From a virus (Duplodnaviria; Caudoviricetes), in IMG/VR virus record IMGVR_UViG_3300032301_000738, positions 1 through 60,826 of that record: a stretch of DNA of 60,826 bases. The stretch is one strand, 5' to 3'. Below the pieces are notes generated by a model. It was not told the DNA's origin. It searched no databases and was given only the letters and a program-made list of their open reading frames with translations. The first letter of the stretch is position 1. Each line of letters opens with the position of its first letter. A program made the position numbers and the translations under genes. Shown in pieces: positions 1-8,875 of the stretch.

Positions 1-1
1 C

Positions 2-163
2 CAACAGGCATTGGCTGGTCAGCCGTACCTAGACGGCGTTGTACAGCAGGGCACGGAGTATCTGTCTGTTGCGTACCAGACGCTGATCCCTTTGCTCGTC
101 AAGGCACTGCAAGAGTCCAACGCACGCATCGCCGCACTAGAGGAGCGACTGAACCATGGCTGA
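2..163 (+). CDS. 3' end of tail fibre/spike protein with intramolecular chaperone (peptidase S74-like) C-terminus, partial
   Basis: Frame 2 reads ...YLSVAYQTLIPLLVKALQESNARIAALEERLNHG*, the typical S74 chaperone ending (Y..L.PLLV.A.QE plus coiled coil). Confidence 0.75.
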   Translation, partial: QQALAGQPYLDGVVQQGTEYLSVAYQTLIPLLVKALQESNARIAALEERLNHG

Positions 164-464
164 CATCCCCACGCTCTTTGCATCCGAGCCGCTGTCGATC
201 AGTGCCACGTACGACAAACTGTGGGTGCGCGAGATCGTCATCTCCGCACAGTCAGTCGGCGGCGACGCCGAAGCCCGCGTGACGCTCTGCCGATTTCGCA
301 GCACCGCAGACGGCGTCGAAGAGGCACCAGCCGAGCCGGTGCGGCTGCACGTCAAAGACCTGCTCGCGGGAGCGGAGGCCGACGCGGACCTCGCGGCGGC
401 GGTGGGGGCGCTCATGGCGTATGTGGCGAAGGTGGGCGTGGCAGAGGGCGTAGTTGCAGGGTGA
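156..464 (+). CDS. hypothetical protein (fibre-associated)
   Basis: 102 aa ORF, GAGGAG SD, overlaps the upstream stop. Confidence 0.7.
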   Translation: MADIPTLFASEPLSISATYDKLWVREIVISAQSVGGDAEARVTLCRFRSTADGVEEAPAEPVRLHVKDLLAGAEADADLAAAVGALMAYVAKVGVAEGVVAG

Positions 465-471
465 CTCGCCA

Positions 472-1356
472 ATGCCGTCTGGCAATGTCACTGCTGTCGT
501 GTGCTTCTTCTCGCCGTGCGGATACGTTCTTCCCAAGCAGCACCTGCAAACCACCTTGCGCGGTCTGGAGCGACAGGGATTCGACGTCGTGTGTGCGCAG
601 TCGATTCTTCCGGGCGTGCCGCCCGAGCCGGTGGGCGGGCACGCGCTGGCATGCTACGAGTCGTCGCACCTCATGTTCCGCAAGGAAAACCTCTGGAACC
701 TAGCCAGCGAACTGACATGGGCGTCGGACAAACTGCTGTTCATAGACTCCGACATCCTGCTAGAGGGAGATGCGGTGCAGGAGCGCATTGCTGTGGCGCT
801 CGATCACGCCGAGTTGGTGCAGCCATTCGGCACGGCACAGTGGGAAAGAAGGGATGGCACTATCGGCTTGGTTCGTCCGCCCGCTGCGTTTGCGCTGCGA
901 ACGGGAGTCTCTCCCAACCCAGCACGGTTTCATCCGGGATTCGCATGGGCCGTAACTCGCCGTGCGCTGGTCGCCATGCGTGGGTTCTACGACCGACACG
1001 CCATGGGTGGGGGCGACACGATGTTCGGGTACGCCCTGACTCCAACGCGCGACGTGCCAGAAGTCAGCGAGGCGCAGGCCGGATTGCTGTACTCTGCGCC
1101 TTCGTACGATGCGTACAGGCGGAACCTGCGCTCGCTTGACTTGCGCATATCCGAAGTCGAAGGAATCGCGGCACGTCACTTGTGGCATGGGGATCACAAG
1201 GATCGACAGTACGTGAAGCGCGGCACGTTTCTGCCGCAGCCCATCGACGGCGAAGTGCCGGTCACGTATCGCGAGGACGGGCTCATGGAATGGATAAACC
1301 AGAGCGATTCAGAAGGTGCGCTTGCGTACTTCCGCGCCCGCAAGGAAGACGGCTGA
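472..1356 (+). CDS. glycosyltransferase-like protein (GT-A fold)
   Basis: FRKENLWN, DxD motif FIDSDIL, HPGFAWA, GGGD, HLWHG. Confidence 0.7.
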   Translation: MPSGNVTAVVCFFSPCGYVLPKQHLQTTLRGLERQGFDVVCAQSILPGVPPEPVGGHALACYESSHLMFRKENLWNLASELTWASDKLLFIDSDILLEGDAVQERIAVALDHAELVQPFGTAQWERRDGTIGLVRPPAAFALRTGVSPNPARFHPGFAWAVTRRALVAMRGFYDRHAMGGGDTMFGYALTPTRDVPEVSEAQAGLLYSAPSYDAYRRNLRSLDLRISEVEGIAARHLWHGDHKDRQYVKRGTFLPQPIDGEVPVTYREDGLMEWINQSDSEGALAYFRARKEDG

Positions 1357-1397
1357 CGGACTAGCGACAAGCATCCCGTGCCGTCACAGTTGAGTGG

Positions 1398-1919
1398 ATG
1401 CGACTCACGGATGAGCAGCGCGCGCTCGCAGAACGAGCATTGGAGATAGTGCCGAAGGCAATCTACGCCTTCCGGTGCCGGTATCCCACGTTGCGGAAGC
1501 GGCTCTCTCGCATCGACGCAGAGAGCGTGGCGTACATGGCGGTGTGCAAGGCCGCCGTCACGTACAACGCCGAGAAGTCGCAGGTCACCACGTACTTCTC
1601 GATGGCAATCCGCAACGCCCTGCTCAAAGAGGTAGACAAGGAGCGTCGCTACCGGTACGACGCACCGAATAGGGTGCCAATGGAACTGGCAGAGGCGCTG
1701 GCGACGGCGCGCTACGGGCTGGCAACCAAACTCCAGACAGCCATCGCCCGCCTGCCAGCCAAGTCTCGCCGGCTCATTTACCTGCGGTTCTACAGGGGCA
1801 TGAGCCTGCGCGAGATTGGCGAGCAGGCGCAGTGCGATCCCCGCACTATTGGGAGGCGACTAGCCGTCGCTCTGGAGGCGCTGCAAAGTCTTTTGCAAAG
1901 CGAGCCTCTGCTGCCTTGA
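1398..1919 (+). CDS. sigma-70 family (ECF-size) RNA polymerase sigma factor
   Basis: Region-2-like AYMAVCKAAVTYN...TTYFSMAIRNALL; region-4 HTH LPAKSRRLIYLRFYRGMSLREIG...TIGRRL. Confidence 0.85.
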   Translation: MRLTDEQRALAERALEIVPKAIYAFRCRYPTLRKRLSRIDAESVAYMAVCKAAVTYNAEKSQVTTYFSMAIRNALLKEVDKERRYRYDAPNRVPMELAEALATARYGLATKLQTAIARLPAKSRRLIYLRFYRGMSLREIGEQAQCDPRTIGRRLAVALEALQSLLQSEPLLP

Positions 1920-2589
1920 GCGCCCTCGTCACGGAGTTGATGTTCCACTGCCGGCCGTTGGTGCGAAGGCCACGCCGCTGCATGGTCAGCGTGATGCGTT
2001 CGAGGCTGGCCCCATCACGCCGCATCTCCGCCATGTGGATGACCTGCTCGCGCTCGACTGGGTCCGGCATGTAGTAGGAATCCCTGCCCTTGCCGACCTT
2101 GCGCCAGCCGATCGGGGCGTGCTTGCCGTGCGGCTTGCCGGCCCGACGCTTGGCGCGCAGGCCATCCCTCGTGCGCTGCCGGATGAACTCCAGTTCGAGT
2201 TCTGCGAACGCCGTCAGGATGGTGAAGACGCAGCGTCCGATGGGCGTGCTGGTGTCCAGCCCCAAGTCGAGGGAGTTGAACGACACGCCCTTCGCGGTGA
2301 GCAACTGCATGGTCTGGGCAGCGTCGATGACGGAGCGGAAGGCGCGGTCGAGTTTGGCCCAGACGATCTTGTCTCCGGGCTGGACGAGGGCCCAGAGTTC
2401 CCGTCCTTTCTCTCGCTCGAACATCTGGCTGGAGCCGGACGTGGCCCCGTCGTAGAGCCAGCCGCCGTAGGTGTAGCCGTCGGGCACCAGCGAGCGGTTG
2501 ATGAACTCCTCGCAGACCGATCGCTGGTGGTCTTCGGTCAGCGTCTGCCGGCCTGTCGAGGCGCGGCCGTATGCGTAGACAGTGGGCAT
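1846..2589 (-). CDS. serine recombinase (resolvase/invertase catalytic domain plus short C-terminal DNA-binding domain)
   Basis: YAYGRAST catalytic Ser, D...SGS, KLDRAFRS, TPIGRCVFTILTAFAELE, RTRDGL, APIGW; SD GAAAGGAG. Confidence 0.92.
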   Translation of the reverse strand: MPTVYAYGRASTGRQTLTEDHQRSVCEEFINRSLVPDGYTYGGWLYDGATSGSSQMFEREKGRELWALVQPGDKIVWAKLDRAFRSVIDAAQTMQLLTAKGVSFNSLDLGLDTSTPIGRCVFTILTAFAELELEFIRQRTRDGLRAKRRAGKPHGKHAPIGWRKVGKGRDSYYMPDPVEREQVIHMAEMRRDGASLERITLTMQRRGLRTNGRQWNINSVTRALKAAEARFAKDFAAPPERRLVASQ

Positions 2590-2606
2590 GGGTGCTGCTC
2601 CTTTCA

Positions 2607-2786
2607 TCAGAGGACGAGATACCAGACGGAGTACAAGACGATCCACGCGAACGGCGACACGTACGTCTCGCAGTTCGGATCACAGGTGAACCAGAAGGCA
2701 AAGGCTAGGAAGCAGAAGCGGATGGTCAGCAGCGTCTTGGGCACGCCGATGCCGAGCATGTTGTTGAAGCGGGTTTCCATGTTCAT
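2607..2786 (-). CDS. small membrane protein
   Basis: 59 aa with two hydrophobic segments; SD AAAGGAG. Confidence 0.6.
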   Translation of the reverse strand: MNMETRFNNMLGIGVPKTLLTIRFCFLAFAFWFTCDPNCETYVSPFAWIVLYSVWYLVL

Positions 2787-2800
2787 GGTGTGTGCTCCTT

Positions 2801-3715
2801 TCAGCAGAGGGATGGTCCGGGAATGTGGACGCCGACCGTCAGGAACCAATCGACTACGCCTCGCACGGCATGCGTGGGCGAGGGCCACGCCGACTGACGG
2901 ATGCCGTATGGCTCCGCCGATCCGCACAACTCCCTGCCCTTCACGATGACATGGCGCTGCGCGTAGTCGACAGACACGCCGCACTGCTTGCGCAGTTCGT
3001 GGTCGTCTAATGCCAGTTGCAGGCTAATCGTGCGCGCCCTACTGGAAGTAGTGGGCGGCGCAATAACTAGAACCTGCGGCTCGTACAGCGAGGTCAGCGA
3101 CCGCTGCACGACGAACGGCATGCCGAACTCTGATAGCGCCTTCGTAACGCCGGAGTACAGAAGTTCTCCAGCCGCCAACATTCGCTGGCGCTTGGCCCAT
3201 TGCTTGGGGATATGCCGCAGCCATTCGGCGTGAGACATGCGTGCGAACGGAGGTTCGGCCGGAACGCACAGCGCTTTGGCGCGCTCCAACTCTATCTGCG
3301 TGGCCGCACCGCTCCTGTCCACCACATACGCAGCCTGCATAAACGAGTTGGTCTTGTCGCCGTACTGGTATGGCGTCCACCGAAACCGGTCGCGCTGCCA
3401 CCTGTACAGGAAGTTGGAAGTGCCACGTAAGGAACTGCCGAGCGTTATGCGTGGCAAGACATAGATCGTGGAGCCGTCCGGCCCAGCCGCTATCTCTGCC
3501 GACGGCCAACCCACCCCGCAGGAGCGCGTGGAAGTCCACCGGACAGTGAAGTGGGAAGCGGGACGGGAATACACGAGGATGTAGTTCTTGCCGCGCAATG
3601 GAATTGAGTACGTCTTGTCCCAATACCGATCGCTCTTGGACAGGCGGCGCTCCATGAGCGCGTTGAGTTGCGCAAAGGACATGAGCGTCTTGACTGCACT
3701 GGGTCGTGCGGGCAT
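2801..3715 (-). CDS. hypothetical protein
   Basis: About 304 aa from MPARPSAVKT; SD AAAGGAG; fills the operon gap. Confidence 0.65.
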   Translation of the reverse strand: MPARPSAVKTLMSFAQLNALMERRLSKSDRYWDKTYSIPLRGKNYILVYSRPASHFTVRWTSTRSCGVGWPSAEIAAGPDGSTIYVLPRITLGSSLRGTSNFLYRWQRDRFRWTPYQYGDKTNSFMQAAYVVDRSGAATQIELERAKALCVPAEPPFARMSHAEWLRHIPKQWAKRQRMLAAGELLYSGVTKALSEFGMPFVVQRSLTSLYEPQVLVIAPPTTSSRARTISLQLALDDHELRKQCGVSVDYAQRHVIVKGRELCGSAEPYGIRQSAWPSPTHAVRGVVDWFLTVGVHIPGPSLC

Positions 3716-3717
3716 GG

Positions 3718-5145
3718 TCAAACTCCTTTCTGATTGAGGACAACGGTGCGAGCCCACGATGGGATCGCGTGGTGGTAACGACTGTCGCGCTCGCCCGTGT
3801 AAGCCACGACGACGCGCGCTCGTGGCTTGCCGGACGGCCAGCGTGTGATGGCATCGGTGATGAGGATGATGGAGTCGGGCTTGTCGCTCCGCTCTACGTC
3901 CTCGATCGCCCGCGCCATGTTGGTGCCGCCACCGCCGGCCCACTCGAACGCGCGAGTGGTGACGACCGACTGGTGGCTGCGGACATGGGTGTCGGCGCAG
4001 ATCACCTTCACCCTGCCCAACTTCCGCAGCCCCTGCCCGATGACGGACAGCGCCTTCGCCTGCGTGTCCGTGTCCATCATCGAGCCGGACGTGTCGACGA
4101 TGACGACGGCTCTGGGCTGGACGCAGATGCGACCATGCAGCAGCGGCGCGTCGTCGCCGTCAGGCTGCTTGCGTGACAGCCTGCGGTGCGAGAAGTCACG
4201 CCCTCCGACTGGCGAAGCCACGCTCGAACAGACAGCCGACCGCAACTGATCGAAGGGGTCGGGCTGCGGTCGCAGTTTCTGGGACAGTGCCTGCTTGATG
4301 GCGCCGGGCACCTTGCCCTGCCCGCTGCTTTCGTAGGCGGCGATCTCCTGTTCGGCACGCGCCGCTGCGATGTCGCTGGCGTAGGCATCCCACGAACCGT
4401 CGTCCTCTACCTCGTAAGGGCGAGGCTGGCCGTCCGCGCACGAACCACCGCCGCCGGGAGTGCCCGGCTGTGGCGTGGGCGTGCCCTTCCCAGACGCAGG
4501 CGCTTCCTCGCATCCGTCAGTCGCACCCTCCGTGCCATCCTCCGCATCGCTGCCACCATCGTCTGCTGCGTCTCCGTCGTCGGCCTCGTCGTCAGCGTCA
4601 TCGTCATCGTCGGCTCCTTTCTCTTGGTTGTTGGAATCGTTCTTGTCCTGCGACTGCTGCTGCTCCCGTAACTTCTCCGTGATGAGGCGGTAGTATTCGC
4701 CCATCGACAGGTTCTGCGGGAAGTCCAGCACCAAGCCGCCCAGTTGCGGAACAGTGGCGCCCAGATGCACGCCACCCTCCGGACGCAGGGGCCGCATGCC
4801 AGCGAGCGCCAGCGTCTGCTCGATCACCAAGTCGGCAGCGAGGTTGAGGATGTACCGACGCTGGTCAGCGCAGTTTTCCCCAACGATCTCGATGCCACGC
4901 TTGTGATGCTCGAACACCAGATGCAGCGCCTCATGGGCGATGAGGTAGGCGCACTGGGGTACATCAATCGTCGCGATCCACTCGGGGTCGTAGTACAGCC
5001 TGCCGTTGGCATCGACACAGGCTGTGCCCAGACCACGAGTCTCTTCCGCACGCAGCGAATAGATATGCGAGGCGAGGTACGGCACGTACTCGAACGTGTG
5101 CATCCGTGCCTTGCCAAGCAACTGGCGTGGTGTGGTCAAGTGCAA
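3718..5145 (-). CDS. DUF2201-type predicted metallopeptidase plus vWA domain protein
   Basis: N-terminal HEALH (HExxH), acidic low-complexity linker, MIDAS motif VDTSGSM, GGGGT, IILITD. Confidence 0.88.
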   Translation of the reverse strand: MHLTTPRQLLGKARMHTFEYVPYLASHIYSLRAEETRGLGTACVDANGRLYYDPEWIATIDVPQCAYLIAHEALHLVFEHHKRGIEIVGENCADQRRYILNLAADLVIEQTLALAGMRPLRPEGGVHLGATVPQLGGLVLDFPQNLSMGEYYRLITEKLREQQQSQDKNDSNNQEKGADDDDDADDEADDGDAADDGGSDAEDGTEGATDGCEEAPASGKGTPTPQPGTPGGGGSCADGQPRPYEVEDDGSWDAYASDIAAARAEQEIAAYESSGQGKVPGAIKQALSQKLRPQPDPFDQLRSAVCSSVASPVGGRDFSHRRLSRKQPDGDDAPLLHGRICVQPRAVVIVDTSGSMMDTDTQAKALSVIGQGLRKLGRVKVICADTHVRSHQSVVTTRAFEWAGGGGTNMARAIEDVERSDKPDSIILITDAITRWPSGKPRARVVVAYTGERDSRYHHAIPSWARTVVLNQKGV

Positions 5146-5179
5146 TCTCCTTTCTGTTGGGTGGAATGGGTCGGCTGAT

Positions 5180-6280
5180 TCACGACTGAATCATCGCCAT
5201 CATCTTGGACATCACGTCCTTCGGCGGGGTGAAGTTGTCGGGGCGTACGCCACCGGCATTCACCGGATGCCAGAACGGACGGAACGCAAGCAGGAACGAC
5301 TCGATCTCGTGCTCGCCGATCTCGATGAACACCTTCGCCGCACGCAGCCACCGCTCCTTGCTGGTGTTGGCACGCAGCGCACGCACCAAGCCAGTGAGCA
5401 GGCAGATGTTGGCGTCGGGCCGCGACTCGTACTCGTACGACTCGTCGCCCTCCAGCACGGCCTCAGGATTGACGAGGTCGAGTTGGTGCCAGTAGCGGAG
5501 GAACTCACCGCCAGCGGCGTCGCCGACGCAGCCCATGCCCAGCGCCTTGTAGATCGGATGCTTGCGCTCGTACCCGCAAGACTCCGCAGCGGCAAAGCAC
5601 CGCACGAGGTACGTCCAAGTGCGCGGGTTCGGGAAGGACAGCGTCTCGTCGTCGGACGGCAACTTCTCCATGCAGTCAGGGGCCGAGCGCAGGAACGCCT
5701 CGACCAGCGAGCCGAACTGCGGGAGTCCGTCCGTCCAGTTCGCAGGCACGAGCGGGAACTCCGGAGCCGACCACTCGCAGCCGTGTCGCAAGCCGGCAAA
5801 CCACGACTCACGCTCGATCTCCCACTGGTGGTGGAAGAAGCGTGACCGCATGGCAGGGGCGAGAGGCACAGCGTTGGGGCACAACTCCGCCGGATTGCAG
5901 GCACCAGCGATCAGCGTGGACGCCGGCATGCGCACGTCACCGACACGCCGCTCCGTGATGATCGAGAGCAGGCCGGCCTGCGTGGCGGGCGGGACGTTGG
6001 TCACCTCGTCCACGAACACGAACGCATTGCCGTCCATCGTCTGCTGCACCCACGAGGTGGGCATCATGCGGACGACGTTGGCCTTGCGGTCGGGCGTCGG
6101 GTATCCGGAGAAGTCCTCCGGGAGGTGCGTGCTGCCGAGCAGCGGCACGAACGTGCGACCGAGCGCACCGGCCAGTGCCTCCATGACGGAGGACTTGCCG
6201 ACGCCGGTGCCGCCGTGCGCCAGCGACGGCACGACCTGAAGGGCGACGAAGAACGGCTCATTGGTAAGGGAACGGGGCAT
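5180..6280 (-). CDS. MoxR-like AAA+ ATPase
   Basis: Walker A GGTGVGKS, Walker B FVFVDE, ACNP, LAPAMRSRF, FPNPRTW. Confidence 0.92.
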   Translation of the reverse strand: MPRSLTNEPFFVALQVVPSLAHGGTGVGKSSVMEALAGALGRTFVPLLGSTHLPEDFSGYPTPDRKANVVRMMPTSWVQQTMDGNAFVFVDEVTNVPPATQAGLLSIITERRVGDVRMPASTLIAGACNPAELCPNAVPLAPAMRSRFFHHQWEIERESWFAGLRHGCEWSAPEFPLVPANWTDGLPQFGSLVEAFLRSAPDCMEKLPSDDETLSFPNPRTWTYLVRCFAAAESCGYERKHPIYKALGMGCVGDAAGGEFLRYWHQLDLVNPEAVLEGDESYEYESRPDANICLLTGLVRALRANTSKERWLRAAKVFIEIGEHEIESFLLAFRPFWHPVNAGGVRPDNFTPPKDVMSKMMAMIQS

Positions 6281-6343
6281 GTGATTGATCCTTTCTGTGA
6301 AGGGTTGAAGAAACATTCGGGACTGTCGGGACACGACGATGTG

Positions 6344-7219
6344 TCAGACAGCCGCAGACAACAGGCGATTGACGGCAACCGCCTGCTTGGCCTGCTCGAT
6401 CGCCGCCACCAGTTCGGGCAGCGGTCGTCCGAGCAGGGACTCGTACTGCTGCACCTTCGAGAGGAAGGTGTTGGCACGCTCGATGCGGATGTTCACAGAG
6501 CGGTCGGACATCCCGCCCTGTGCGTTCATCACGTCATCCATGATGGACTGCACGCCTTCGGAAACCTCCGCGCCGAGCAGGTCGAGGACGTGCGCCACCG
6601 TGTCGGGATCACTGGCGATCTCGACTTGGTGGACAGTGAACTTCGGGCCAGTCCCGTTGCCGCGCAGGTGGTTAGCGAACGCCCTGTACTGCGGCAGGAA
6701 CAGCCCGTCGAGGAACCACACGCCGCCATGCTCCGACATGGACAGAGCACCCCACGACTTGAGCCCGCGCGTCACGACCTGTGACACGATCGGGCCGGGC
6801 AGGTACAGCCTGCGGTAGGCCACCGCCTGACCGAGTTCGTCGGACAGCCCCGCCATCGTCGGCCCGCCATCCATCATCGAGAGGATGCGCGGTTGCCACT
6901 CGTGGATCGTGGCGCTGAACAGGAAGTCGTACCGATTCCTCTGCGTTCCGGGCTGCGTGACAACCCGCACGCACTCGAACTCCGACGGTGCGTCGAGCCG
7001 CCGCACTGAGATGGGCTGCTTGCGACGCCTGCCGAACAGGCTTTCGCCCACGATCTTCATGCTGTCACGCAGGATCGTGGTCATCGGCGGACGCACCGGC
7101 ACGAACCGCTCGATGCCGGCCTGCATCGCAGCCTCGAAGACATCCACACGCAAGGCGGACTTGGTGGACAGGATGCAGATGCCGCCGAGTCCTGCACCGA
7201 TGGTGAGAGTGGCGTTCAT
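6344..7219 (-). CDS. hypothetical protein heading the AAA/vWA operon
   Basis: 291 aa, SD AAAGGAG, GGVWF motif, helical C-terminus. Confidence 0.7.
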   Translation of the reverse strand: MNATLTIGAGLGGICILSTKSALRVDVFEAAMQAGIERFVPVRPPMTTILRDSMKIVGESLFGRRRKQPISVRRLDAPSEFECVRVVTQPGTQRNRYDFLFSATIHEWQPRILSMMDGGPTMAGLSDELGQAVAYRRLYLPGPIVSQVVTRGLKSWGALSMSEHGGVWFLDGLFLPQYRAFANHLRGNGTGPKFTVHQVEIASDPDTVAHVLDLLGAEVSEGVQSIMDDVMNAQGGMSDRSVNIRIERANTFLSKVQQYESLLGRPLPELVAAIEQAKQAVAVNRLLSAAV

Positions 7220-7279
7220 AAGAACTCCTTTCGTCAAGAGGGAACGAAGATAGAACACGTACTGTACATCGTTACACCA

Positions 7280-7504
7280 CTAGGTCAATGGACCCGTGAT
7301 GTAAGCGGTGTTACCAACCACACTGACCCAGCCACGCCCAGCCATGACGACGTGCGGCTGCGACCTGCGCTCGCGAGTGCGAACGGGGACGTGGCAGATG
7401 ATGCGACGCACCAGCGAGCACTGACTGCTGCAATGCAGCGTCATCACAGGGTGCCCGCGTCGCTTGGACTCGGGCTTGTTGTAGTGAAACCAGAACGCAC
7501 GCAT
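7280..7504 (-). CDS. small hypothetical phage protein
   Basis: MRAFWFHYNKPES...QPHVVMAGRG; SD GGGAGG; coupled to the upstream stop. Confidence 0.65.
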   Translation of the reverse strand: MRAFWFHYNKPESKRRGHPVMTLHCSSQCSLVRRIICHVPVRTRERRSQPHVVMAGRGWVSVVGNTAYITGPLT

Positions 7505-7505
7505 G

Positions 7506-7820
7506 TCACCCTCCCACCGTGATGGTGAATGGGATGAACATGGCTGGCGCCTTGTGAACAACGGCCGCCGGCTTGGCCGCACGCTTGGCTGCGATGCGCC
7601 GCGTGGTGTGCTTCTGCCTCCGCAATGGCGGCAGCGCCACGCCACGCACCTTCAGCGTGTGCTTCCGCATGGCGACGGTGGTGTAGTTGAGCCCGACGGG
7701 TTCGGCGAACTCGGTCATGTTGAGCCCCGCCTCCGCCGCCTCGTGCCAGTCGCGCACGAACTTGGTTGTCCAGTCGCCCAGTCTCCGCAGCCTGCGGGTG
7801 GTGGTGATGTTGCGAGCCAT
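7506..7820 (-). CDS. basic, putative HTH DNA-binding protein
   Basis: NMTEFAEPVGLNYTTVAMRKHTL (HTH-like) with Lys/Arg/Ala tail; SD AAAGGAG. Confidence 0.6.
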   Translation of the reverse strand: MARNITTTRRLRRLGDWTTKFVRDWHEAAEAGLNMTEFAEPVGLNYTTVAMRKHTLKVRGVALPPLRRQKHTTRRIAAKRAAKPAAVVHKAPAMFIPFTITVGG

Positions 7821-7843
7821 GTGAATACTCCTTTCACTAAGAA

Positions 7844-7921
7844 CTAGGGACGAACGTGCCGGACCAGTTCCAGCACGAAAGAAATCACTGCAATCAACAA
7901 GCGAACCTGCTCGTCTGTCAT
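7844..7921 (-). CDS. 25-aa hydrophobic micropeptide
   Basis: MTDEQVRLLIAVISFVLELVRHVRP*, perfect AAGGAGG SD; absent from the supplied ORF track. Confidence 0.55.
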   Translation of the reverse strand: MTDEQVRLLIAVISFVLELVRHVRP

Positions 7922-7946
7922 TGGTCGCCTCCTTGCGACAAGAAAC

Positions 7947-7985
7947 ACTGCGAGCCAGCCGCCACCGTGACGACTGGCTCGCAGT
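7947..7985 (-). repeat. intergenic hairpin, family A copy 1 (terminator or processing site)
   Basis: About 18-bp stem whose G-U pairs work only on the minus strand, followed by GTTTCTT; 25-nt core identical to 10571-10595. Confidence 0.75.
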
Positions 7986-7990
7986 AGGAA

Positions 7991-8842
7991 TCAGAGGACG
8001 TCGTGCAGTGCGTTGAGGCCGTCGTGGCCGAGCATCGCACGCACCTCTGCTATGCACTCGTTCGAGAAACCGAAGCCACGCAGGTCTTCCTCCATGATCG
8101 AGGCGAAGTGCTGCTCGTGGCGCTCTTCCTCTCGCGAGTCTTCGTCGTAGTACCAGTCGCTGCGGGACTGTCTCTCGGCCGTCGCCCACTCCGCGTAGCG
8201 GTCGTACTCACGCAGCGCCGCACTGTCGGAGTCGTCCGGGCACGTCACCTCGACCGTCTTGCAGGCACGGAGGCTGGAGCAATGCTGCGACAGCCCCCAG
8301 CGTGTACGGAACGAGGTGTTGCTGTACCAGTGGCCGTCGTCTTCCCACACGCCGTCGCCCTCGTTCCATATCCGATAGTCACCATTGGCATGGAGGAACA
8401 CGAACTTGCTGCCACTGTGGGCAAGCCGCATCGTGTAGACGATCTCGCCACGCAGGAAGAAGTCAGGGTCACGTTCGTACATGGGCTTGAGAACCAACTC
8501 GTTGAAGTGCCATGTGTCACTGCGCGAGTCGTTGAGGTTGCGGTCGATGTTGATGACGCCGTTGTGGATGAACGCCAGTTCGTCCGACACCGTGAAGGGG
8601 TGGCAGTTGTGCAGGTCGATCAGTCCACTGGTCGCAATGCGGAAGTGGATGAGCGCCTGACACTGGGCGTACGGCTCGAACGATTCGCGGAAGTTCGCGA
8701 ATCCACCGACGCCCCACTCGCAAATGAGTTCGCCGTTCTGCACGACAGCGAAACCCCACGAATCGTCGTTGCTCGAGTAGCCATTCTCGTAGGCGACCCA
8801 GTCGGGTGCCGTGTCAGCGGGCTTGTAGATAGCGATGCACAT
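7991..8842 (-). CDS. class II glutamine amidotransferase (Ntn hydrolase)
   Basis: N-terminal Cys (MCIAIYKP), NDDSWGF, IHFRIATSG, NCHPF, FIHNG, SDT. Confidence 0.9.
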   Translation of the reverse strand: MCIAIYKPADTAPDWVAYENGYSSNDDSWGFAVVQNGELICEWGVGGFANFRESFEPYAQCQALIHFRIATSGLIDLHNCHPFTVSDELAFIHNGVINIDRNLNDSRSDTWHFNELVLKPMYERDPDFFLRGEIVYTMRLAHSGSKFVFLHANGDYRIWNEGDGVWEDDGHWYSNTSFRTRWGLSQHCSSLRACKTVEVTCPDDSDSAALREYDRYAEWATAERQSRSDWYYDEDSREEERHEQHFASIMEEDLRGFGFSNECIAEVRAMLGHDGLNALHDVL

Positions 8843-8875
8843 GTGTGGTGTGTCTCCTTTCTGTAGGTGTGTAGG

